21,956 nucleotides of DNA from Bdellovibrionota bacterium (GTDB lineage Bacteria > Bdellovibrionota_C > UBA2361): the NCBI GenBank assembly GCA_044352465.1, contig JBILDU010000047.1, positions 1 through 21,956 of the forward strand, in the 5' to 3' direction. The notes beneath the pieces were generated by a model, which was not told the DNA's origin, ran no database searches, and saw nothing but the letters and a program-made list of their open reading frames with translations. Position numbers and translations under genes: made by a program. Every line of letters begins with the position of its first letter. Positions within the stretch are counted from its first letter, which is position 1. Below are positions 8,276 through 15,567 of this stretch, in pieces.

Positions 8276-9502
8276 ATGAGCAAAAAAAGTTCAGACCGCA
8301 ATATCCAAGGCTTGGTTGTGCTCGCTCCGGGGCGGGAATCCGCCGTGCGCCGATTTCATCCGTGGATCTTTTCGGGGGCGATCGCCTCCATGGAAGGAGC
8401 CCCGCAGCCGGGTGATACGGTGGCGATTTATGATAGTCGGGGGGAACACATTGCGACGGGGCACTACGCCGGGGGGAGTCTTGCAGTTAAAGTCGTAGCG
8501 TTCGAGGGCCGTCCGCTCGATCGGCTTTTCTGGATCGAGAGACTGGGGAGTGCGTGGCGGCTCCGCCGTGCGTTGGGGCTTATTGATTCGACAGAGACCG
8601 ATGCCTTTCGCCTAGTCAACGGTGAGGGGGACGGGCTACCTGGACTCATCGTCGATCTCTACGGGGAGGTCGCCGTGCTGCAAGCCCATTCGCTCGCGAT
8701 GGCCCGTGCGCGTGACGAAATCGTGGCCGCTCTCATTGCCGTCACTGAGGGGCGGATTCGGCGAGTCTACGACAAGAGTGCGGCAACACTTGAGCGGAGT
8801 GCCGGTGCCGAGGGAAATGCGGATCAATTCGTTTACGGTGATGATGCGGAAGCTAGTGTTGTGATGCGCGAAGGGGGGCTCGATTTTGAGCTCGACCTCC
8901 GGACGGGCCAGAAAACCGGGTTTTTCCTCGACCAAAGAGATAATCGGGCGCTGGTAGGGAAGCTCGCTCGGGGACGGCGGGTCCTCAACTGTTTCTCATA
9001 TTCTGGGGGCTTTTCGCTCTATGCTCTGCAAGGGGGCGCGCTTTACGTCGAATCGGTTGATGTATCAAAGGGAGCCATTGAGCTGGCCAATCGTAACGTG
9101 GCGCGCAATTTCAGCGATGTAACCGCGCAAGGACGGCACAAAGGCGTCGTGGCTGATTGCCTCGATTATCTCAGAGATATCGGTGGAAGCTACGATCTTG
9201 TCGTGCTTGACCCACCGGCGTTCGCGAAGCACAAGAAAGCGCTTGAAGGGGGGCTGCGCGGATACGAGTCGATTAATCATCTGGCCTTTAAACATGCGAA
9301 AGCTGGTAGCTTTGTCGTCACCTTCTCGTGCTCACAGGTCGTGACACCCGATATCTTCGCGAATACCGTTCAGCGAGCTGCGGGACGGGCGGAGCGGCGG
9401 GTTCGGGTGCTGCATGAACTCCGTCAAGCGCCGTGTCATCCAAGGAGTTTGCACCACCCCGAGGGGCACTACCTGAAGGGGCTCGTCCTCGAGGTTGAAT
9501 AG
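8276..9502 (+). CDS. rlmI: 23S rRNA m5C1962 methyltransferase RlmI family (PUA + class I SAM MTase)
   Basis: HPWIFSGAI, FRLVNGEGDGLPGLIVDLY, GQKTGFFLDQRDNR, VLNCFSYSGGFS, DLVVLDPPAFAK, catalytic-Cys motif TFSCS, HPEGHYLKG. Start set to the ATG at 8276. Confidence 0.92.
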   Translation: MSKKSSDRNIQGLVVLAPGRESAVRRFHPWIFSGAIASMEGAPQPGDTVAIYDSRGEHIATGHYAGGSLAVKVVAFEGRPLDRLFWIERLGSAWRLRRALGLIDSTETDAFRLVNGEGDGLPGLIVDLYGEVAVLQAHSLAMARARDEIVAALIAVTEGRIRRVYDKSAATLERSAGAEGNADQFVYGDDAEASVVMREGGLDFELDLRTGQKTGFFLDQRDNRALVGKLARGRRVLNCFSYSGGFSLYALQGGALYVESVDVSKGAIELANRNVARNFSDVTAQGRHKGVVADCLDYLRDIGGSYDLVVLDPPAFAKHKKALEGGLRGYESINHLAFKHAKAGSFVVTFSCSQVVTPDIFANTVQRAAGRAERRVRVLHELRQAPCHPRSLHHPEGHYLKGLVLEVE

Positions 9503-10482
9503 TGGAGCTGCTGACAAAACTTCAAGCTGCATGGGAGAGGCGGCCGAGTGCTCTGCGAAAGGGCGATCTTTTGCGTGCGTTTGATGGCTCTGGAGACGGT
9601 GCTCATCAACTCGTGGTCGATCGCTTTGGCTCCGTCGGATTGGCCCATCTTTTTGACTCGCCCGAGATCGAGGGTACCCGTCAAGAGCTTCGGCGTGTGT
9701 CTCCCCAACTTCTCGAACTCTATGGGATCGCTGCATTGTATAGTTGGACTCATCGAAGGAACGCGCGGGATAGCGCGGCGGGAGGTGCCGAGCTTCTGGC
9801 TGGGCAAGCGCTCAAGGAACTTTGGTGTGTCGAAGCAGGAATCCGGTTGCTCATAAAGCCGGAAGCGAATGTGAACGGGGGACTCTTTCTCGACACCCGA
9901 GACATTCGGGCGTTACTTGCGCGGACGAGTAGGGAGGCGCGGGTGCTCAACACCTTTTGCTTTACGGGAAGCCTTGGTCTTGCGGCGTGGTGTGGCGGAG
10001 CACGCGAAGTAGTTCAAGTCGATATCAGCAAAGCGATCTTGAACTGGGCAAGGGAGAATCAAGTTGGTAACCCTGAGAGAGGTGCGGGCGAGATGCGCTT
10101 TATCGCCGAAGACTCCCGCGCGTTTATGGAGCGTGAGCTGCGCCGAATTGAACGCGGAAATCGGGCACCATTCGATACGGTGGTCGTCGATCCGCCGTCC
10201 TTCGGCTCAAGCGGGGGCATTACTTTTTCCTTTAAAGACGACATTGGGGAGCTCCTGGCCGTGGGCTTACGTCTTTTGAAGCCCGGCGGAAGATTGTTTT
10301 TTACGACGAACTATCGGCAGATGTCGCTCGCTGAGCTTGAGGGGGTCGTACGCGGAGCCAGCGAGTCCGCGCGGCGAGAGATCGGGTCGGTGGAGCTCTT
10401 ACGTCCCCCGGAAGCGGATTTTACCGCTGCTTTCGAGGATTCTTATGCGATGCGGGGATTTCTTCTCCAGCTGGTATCATAG
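9502..10482 (+). CDS. Class I SAM-dependent rRNA methyltransferase, RlmK-like (RlmI/RlmK superfamily, no PUA domain)
   Basis: LVVDRFG, NGGLFLDTRDIR, VLNTFCFTGSLG, VVQVDIS..ILNWARENQ, DTVVVDPPSF, LLKPGG.LFFTTN (no SCS cysteine). The GTG overlaps the rlmI TAG (TAGTG). Confidence 0.85.
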   Translation: MELLTKLQAAWERRPSALRKGDLLRAFDGSGDGAHQLVVDRFGSVGLAHLFDSPEIEGTRQELRRVSPQLLELYGIAALYSWTHRRNARDSAAGGAELLAGQALKELWCVEAGIRLLIKPEANVNGGLFLDTRDIRALLARTSREARVLNTFCFTGSLGLAAWCGGAREVVQVDISKAILNWARENQVGNPERGAGEMRFIAEDSRAFMERELRRIERGNRAPFDTVVVDPPSFGSSGGITFSFKDDIGELLAVGLRLLKPGGRLFFTTNYRQMSLAELEGVVRGASESARREIGSVELLRPPEADFTAAFEDSYAMRGFLLQLVS

Positions 10483-10491
10483 CGGTAATCC

Positions 10492-10536
10492 GCTCGGGTT
10501 GGGCCCAGTCGAGTCGAGCTGACAAGTGCACCCTGC
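10492..10536 (+). promoter_or_regulatory. Possible Na+ riboswitch (DUF1646 motif)-like element upstream of the SulP pseudogene
   Basis: GGGTTGGGC (10496-10504), a short hairpin, then AAGTGC (10524-10529) and ACCC. This resembles my recollection of the DUF1646 consensus (GGUUGGGC...AAGUGC); not verified with a covariance model. Confidence 0.4.
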
Positions 10537-10687
10537 TGATGAGCCATTTTGGGGTGAAGATGAGTTCTGTGAAAAATTACGATAAAGCTCAAACGGGTCC
10601 GCCGACATGCCCCGCTTGCGTCGCAATAGAATGAAAGTCTTTGAATGAAATAGCTGCGGGCGAGACACTCAGGTCAGCGGAGACCCT

Positions 10688-12146
10688 ATGCCTCATACTC
10701 GTCTTATTCCCCGTCTTTATCTCGATCTGCGCGAAGGCTATTCCAAGTCGGATCTCCTGGCGGATATCGTGTCGCTCCCGTTGGCTATGGCCTTGGCGAT
10801 CGCGCGCGGGGTGACGCCTGAGCAGGGGTTGTATACCGCTATCGTTGCGGGGTTGCTGATCTCTATGTTGGGTGGAAGCAAGTTTTAAATCGGCGGCCCG
10901 ACCGGCGCTTTCGTAGTCAGCATTTATGATGTGGTGGCGCGCCACGGTTATGCTGGGCTGGTCACTGCGACCTCTATGGCGGGGCTGTTTCTCATCGCCC
11001 TCGGTCTCGCGCGATTTGGCGGGATGATTAAGTTTACCCCGTATCCGGTAACGACCGGTTTTACCGCTGGGATCGCAGTTGTCATCTTCTCGTCACAGGT
11101 CAAAGACTTTCTGGGTCTCGAGATGACAAAGGTCCCAGCAGAATTTCTTGCCAAGTGGGGGCTTACTTCGGGACTCTCGGCACCGCTTCGCTACCGACCG
11201 TCGCTGTGGGGGGGCTTCCCGCGGAGTACTCCTCGCGTTGCGTCGTTTTGAGCCGCGGATTCCCAGCTCTCTTGTGGTGGTCAGCGGAGCTGCTATTGCG
11301 GTCGAGCTTCTGCAACTACCGGTGGCAACGATCGGAAGTCGCTTCGGTGATATTCCCGCCATGTCGCCAGCACCTGTGTGACCCGATATGTCGCTCGCGA
11401 TGGTAAGCGAACTTGTGCCGGCCGCGCTCACGATCGCTCTTTTCGCCGGAATCGAATCGCTCTTATTGGCGGTCGTCGCTGATGACATTACCGGAGAACG
11501 CCATAGTTCCAATATGGAGCTCGTTGCTTAGGGAGTCGCCAACGTTGCTGCGGTCATCTGCGGTGGCATCGCCGCCACCGGTGCCATCGCTCGCACAGCC
11601 GTTAATGTTCGCTCCGGTGCGCGTAGCCCCGTTGCAGGTGTTCTTCACGCGGTATTCCTTTTGCTCTTCATGGTAGCTCTTGCACCGTATGCGAAGCTTA
11701 TTCCGCTCACGACCCTCGCCGTGAGTCACGTTCTGGATGACGACGTGAATCGAAAGACGGGGGCACCCACCCAGGCACCGATTTATATCCCACCCGAGGT
11801 AGCGGTCTTTCGAATGACTGGACCGTTCTTCTTCGGCGTGGCGGACGATGTCAAAGACGCCTTTGACCGGATTCAGCGACCGCTGCGAATATTTATTCTA
11901 CAGATGGGACTCGTCTCTTTTGTTGATGCAACCGGGCTAGATGCCTTGGAACAGCTCATCGAGAAATGTCGGCGTCACGGGGTTAAATTCATGCTCTGTG
12001 AGATCCAACCACGGGTGGTCGAATCGCTTGAGCGGAGCGGGATCGTTGGCGCGCTGGGGAGCGATGGTATTTTTTCAAATATTGATGATGCCATCGGAGC
12101 CGCGCGGCGCATCTTAAGTACAGAGGGCGCATCCACGAGGCGGTAG
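10688..12146 (+). pseudogene. sulP: SulP/SLC26 anion transporter (DauA/YchM-like, C-terminal STAS) pseudogene
   Basis: Pieced-together reading: [118 protein letters not shown]. Stops at 10886-10888 (TAA), 11379-11381 (TGA) and 11529-11531 (TAG); two frameshifts near G-runs at 11157-11161 and 11208-11214; apparent in-frame deletions near 10770 and 11725. Confidence 0.93.
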
Positions 12147-12292
12147 GTGGATTCGAGCATGGCAGGGTATAATTTTATCTCCGGCCGTGTGCGATTCTAT
12201 CTAGCTGCTTCGGTGGAAACACCCTATAGTCTTGATTACGAGTCTCGTTTTACGGTTTTTGCGGCGGGTAGTTAAGCAACGCCTAGCTCCTC

Positions 12293-12321
12293 AAGAGCCC
12301 TTGAAGAGCCCTTGAAGAGCC
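12293..12321. repeat. 11-bp tandem repeat AAGAGCCCTTG x~2.6
   Basis: AAGAGCCCTTG AAGAGCCCTTG AAGAGCC, read directly. Confidence 0.85.
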
Positions 12322-12353
12322 GGTGTTCAGACGCTCGTCGGTCGTAGAATACT

Positions 12354-13217
12354 TTGAAATCAAGTATTTTACATAGACCGCCACCTATCGACGCCGTTCG
12401 CAGTCGACGTGAGTTCGTCGCTGCGTCGCGAGATACTCACTCAGATAGCTTTTCCGATACCCAACCCGATAGTGATCCATTTCCGGTGCTCGCGGATGGC
12501 GACGACTGCTTGAGCAGCTCCGCTCGCGGGTCGGCGAGCGATGAAACGGGGTGTGGGCGGCTCGTTGGTCGCGCGGAATCCCATGCGGCACTGAGAGCTC
12601 TGCCTGGCAGGGGAGCGGAGGACGTCGCTCGCCACGGCAGGGAGATGCAAGGGCAAGCAACCGTATTTTTCAACGGTATCGGCTTTTGTTCGATTTCCGA
12701 GGCGGTGTGCGCCACGATGCTCGAGCTGTATGTGCCGGGGTATCAGGTCGTCATCGGCAAGACTTTTCAGATCGATGTGGGGAGTGGTCGAACGGTTGAT
12801 TTCCTTATCCACGGGGTCTTGTGCGAGTACCACGGGGTGCGCCTCGTCCCAGATCGAAGACGTTTCGGTGATTTCCGGGATCGCGATGAGTATCACGCCT
12901 ATGCACGAGAGCTGCATCGTCTCCGCGGTAACGAGTATCGTCGACAGCGCCACATCGATGAGACGAAGGCGAAGCTTGCGCAGAATTATTTTGAGCGGCG
13001 ACGCCGGATGCTCGATGATCACCCGGAATACGGGGTGCTTGAGCTTGTGGTCGCAACTTCGATCGACGAGTTCTATGAGCGAGTAGTCATGCGGTTTAAC
13101 CCTTTATTCTGTCCGACGCGACCCGACTTTCATGAGAGTTTCCGCTCCTTCGCCGGAATAATCGCTCGACAGAATACCCCGCTGAAGCGTCAGAAAAGGC
13201 GTCGGCAAGCGGCGTAA
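12354..13217 (+). CDS. Hypothetical protein with a PD-(D/E)xK-like restriction-endonuclease-fold domain; start uncertain (may be later, e.g. ATG 12645)
   Basis: FNGIGFCSISEA...FQIDVGSGRTVDFLIHGVLCEYHG...NYFERRRRML...LELVVA follows the S-x-x-E / D-F / E-x-x-G pattern of DUF559/Vsr-like nucleases. The N-terminal ~95 aa look disordered; the C-terminal tail is basic. Confidence 0.7.
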   Translation: MKSSILHRPPPIDAVRSRREFVAASRDTHSDSFSDTQPDSDPFPVLADGDDCLSSSARGSASDETGCGRLVGRAESHAALRALPGRGAEDVARHGREMQGQATVFFNGIGFCSISEAVCATMLELYVPGYQVVIGKTFQIDVGSGRTVDFLIHGVLCEYHGVRLVPDRRRFGDFRDRDEYHAYARELHRLRGNEYRRQRHIDETKAKLAQNYFERRRRMLDDHPEYGVLELVVATSIDEFYERVVMRFNPLFCPTRPDFHESFRSFAGIIARQNTPLKRQKRRRQAA

Positions 13218-13448
13218 AGTCTCTTCGCCCCTCAAAAGGCCCGAGGCCCTATTCTCGAGAAGATTCTCCTAGGCTGGTCTCAACCGCATCTCGGGAGTGA
13301 GGGTCCTCCGCTGAGCTTAAGACCGATTGGTAGGATCAATGCTACGAAATTCTATGAGGTTCAGCGCCGCCGTTTCGATCTGAAGCACCGAGCCGTCTCT
13401 TCAGGATAAGGGGATATCTACGGTTCTTAACGGAATAGCGTGCGACTG

Positions 13449-13649
13449 ATGCGAAACACGATCTGGTCGAATCAAAGGGCGGAAAAGGGCAGCGCCATAG
13501 TCGACTATTGTATCCTACTCTGTTTTATCGGCTTAGCTGTGGTTTCCTCGGTTCAACTGGTGGGCAACGGCATCAATGAGGCTCTCTATGCCGCGGTCGA
13601 TGGATTAGAGGGAGGCGGAACTGATGAGACGACCCCGCCGCCGAGCTAG
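13449..13649 (+). CDS. Flp/Fap (type IVb/c) pilin-like protein
   Basis: Short leader, then EKG/SAIVDYCILLCFIGLAVVSSVQLVGNGINEALYAAVDGL, matching the Flp pattern G-x4-(E)-Y plus hydrophobic helix; E5 is D. Alternative GTG start at 13440. Confidence 0.8.
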   Translation: MRNTIWSNQRAEKGSAIVDYCILLCFIGLAVVSSVQLVGNGINEALYAAVDGLEGGGTDETTPPPS

Positions 13650-13748
13650 ACGGAGGTGGCCTAGCCAGGGAATGAGCGAGCATTGCACCACGATTTTAAT
13701 CCTATGCGGTGGGCCCAATAAGGTGAAATCCGCAGTCCAAAAGACTTT

Positions 13749-15392
13749 GTGAGTGAACTGCATCAGTCAAATCGGACATTCATACCGAGACGGTCGGTTG
13801 AGCCGCCCGAGCATCCATGCACCCGTAGTGATACTCCGATAGCCCCAGAGTTAGTGCCAGCGCTGGAGCGCACGGTGGATCTGTTACCCCATTCGTTACA
13901 TCTCCAAACCGATCGTCTGACCGGGATGTATTTAAAGAATGTCGTTTTCTCTGCGCAGGGACGGGCGCTGATCGATACGATCGTTCCGGGGCCAAAGCGT
14001 TTTGTTCTACTCGACTGCCAACATGCAGGTGCGGCGAATAATCACGGGGGCGGCGAGCAGATCGATCGCTATTTCGCCTCCTTGAGCGGTATCTTTCAGC
14101 GCGCGGCGCTTGAGGCGGGTATCACACATGTGCCGCTTCGACTCGGCGGAGATGAGTTCGGACTGGTGATTCCTGATGATGAGCGAGCCACCCGGTTTCT
14201 GAAGCGGGTGCTGATTGAGGTCGAGCGCAGTCGAGCCACCCATGTTGGTTCGGGAAGCGATGCGCTTGGCTCGTTTGTTGTCGAGCGCGATACGATGCGC
14301 ATGTTGCGAAATCTTTATCGGCGCGAAGCGGAGCTACGGGGGCACCCACTGTGCCCGCAGGGATTTCGGGAATATCTCGAGGGCGAGTTTCTTTCCACTG
14401 AGCGTGGAGCGGCGCTTTCCGCCGAAGCATTTGGGGAGTATCTGAAGGAACGAAACCTTACGGATCGTCTCCAGGAGACGCTCGATAACCCAAAAACCTG
14501 CGCTGTCGGCGAGGCGCTCCATGCGGCGTATCTTCAGAAGTTTCTGGCGATTTCACTCATCGGGGGGATGCGTTCCCCCGCGGGCCGCTTTTCGATGGCC
14601 TCGGTTCATATCGGTGAGGGTCTCAGATGGGAGGATTACCATCTCGCCGAGGGTGTCGCCTCAAAGCGGATTCAGTCGACTAAAGATAAAGTATTCACCT
14701 TAGAGATCGAGCCACCGGTTTCGATTCATGGAAATTTTGTGGTGAAGAGTCATGAGTCAGCGGCGTGTCGGGCTTTTGAGGATCGGGAGCGGATGTTTGG
14801 TGAGCTACGTAAAGCTCTAGCGAGGGAGCCGCTCGGGTCTCCGAAACGGGCAGTCGATCTTTTTCGTTTGACGATGTTGGCGGTTTCCGATCCGAATCTC
14901 CCCGGGGTAGTCAGGGGAGAACTTGCGCGGGAACTTCCGGCTGAGGTTGTACTCGGGGAGTCTCTCGAATCTCCTTTCCACGCACTCATCGTGAACGTGC
15001 AGTCGTTTGGTGTATTCAATAATAGCAAAAGTTACGTGGAAGCCGATCGAATGCTGGCGACCGTCATGGCGGCGGTGGGAGAGGAATTCCCTCATCTCGC
15101 TATCGTTCGGCAGGGTGGTGGGCGACTCGTCTTTCTGGGGCATCATCCACCCGAAGTCGCCGATCTCGGGCGGATCGCCCAGAGGCTTCATGGTGTCGTG
15201 CGGGAGCATTTCACCGCTGATCCAATCGCTTATCAGCGGATGCTCCTCGAGTACGGCGAGAGGATCGCTCTCGCTTCGCAGTGGAAAAACGGAGAATTCG
15301 TCGTCCCCAAAGTTGATTTCGGGTCGTGTGCCGTAAGCTTGGCTATGGTTGCTTTGAAACCTGGTGAGCCGCTTAATCTCGGTAATATGTAG
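13749..15392 (+). CDS. Tandem GGDEF-like domain protein (first domain with intact GGDEF, second degenerate)
   Basis: Domain 1: TDRLTGMY, FVLLDCQHAGAANNHGGGEQID, RLGGDEF (14145-14159), later FSMASV..VASKRIQSTK. Domain 2: SDPNLPGV, LIVNVQSFGVFNNSKSYVEADRML, RQGGGRL (15114-15128), AVSLAMV. Confidence 0.8.
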   Translation: MSELHQSNRTFIPRRSVEPPEHPCTRSDTPIAPELVPALERTVDLLPHSLHLQTDRLTGMYLKNVVFSAQGRALIDTIVPGPKRFVLLDCQHAGAANNHGGGEQIDRYFASLSGIFQRAALEAGITHVPLRLGGDEFGLVIPDDERATRFLKRVLIEVERSRATHVGSGSDALGSFVVERDTMRMLRNLYRREAELRGHPLCPQGFREYLEGEFLSTERGAALSAEAFGEYLKERNLTDRLQETLDNPKTCAVGEALHAAYLQKFLAISLIGGMRSPAGRFSMASVHIGEGLRWEDYHLAEGVASKRIQSTKDKVFTLEIEPPVSIHGNFVVKSHESAACRAFEDRERMFGELRKALAREPLGSPKRAVDLFRLTMLAVSDPNLPGVVRGELARELPAEVVLGESLESPFHALIVNVQSFGVFNNSKSYVEADRMLATVMAAVGEEFPHLAIVRQGGGRLVFLGHHPPEVADLGRIAQRLHGVVREHFTADPIAYQRMLLEYGERIALASQWKNGEFVVPKVDFGSCAVSLAMVALKPGEPLNLGNM

Positions 15393-15428
15393 CGTAACTT
15401 CGCTTTCACGGGGTGCGGATCGGCACTT

Positions 15429-15457
15429 TTGAGTAATGTCTCGTTCCGTGATAAGGT
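15429..15457 (+). promoter_or_regulatory. Putative sigma70 promoter of the DEAD-box helicase
   Basis: TTGAGT (15429-15434), 17-nt spacer, TAAGGT (15452-15457) with extended TG at 15449-15450; implies a ~100-nt 5' UTR. Confidence 0.5.
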
Positions 15458-15567
15458 CAGAAATCTCGAGGTCATCGAAAGCTGCTAACCGCCTCTCGTC
15501 TTGCAGTCCTTCAAACAGCTGATCGTCGATTATTACGGGGACCATTTTCGGTCGCCAAAGGATTTAT

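Noticed and set aside
10535..10615. c-di-AMP (ydaO) riboswitch or hammerhead-like fragment (CTGATGAGCCATTTTGGGGTGAA)
   Set aside because: Only the TTTTGGGGTGAA piece matches; the GGGGGA and CCGTCAGCTAA cores are missing, and there is no hammerhead GAAA. At most a remnant.
10688..12146. Stop-codon reassignment or programmed recoding in sulP
   Set aside because: All three stop types occur together with frameshifts and deletions, and neighbouring genes use the standard code; this is decay.
12168..12235. TATAAT plus UUCG/GAAA tetraloop hairpins as a riboswitch
   Set aside because: No -35 element, the two small hairpins overlap, and neither c-di-GMP-I nor -II consensus is present.
13749..15392. 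Cas10 or reverse transcriptase
   Set aside because: The motif is GGDEF with DxLTG, not GGDD or YxDD; no HD domain, cas genes or RT motifs.
14817..15545. 242-aa minus-strand ORF, and similarly 4114..4851 and 12441..13022
   Set aside because: Antisense to better-supported + strand genes; long shadow ORFs are expected at this GC content.
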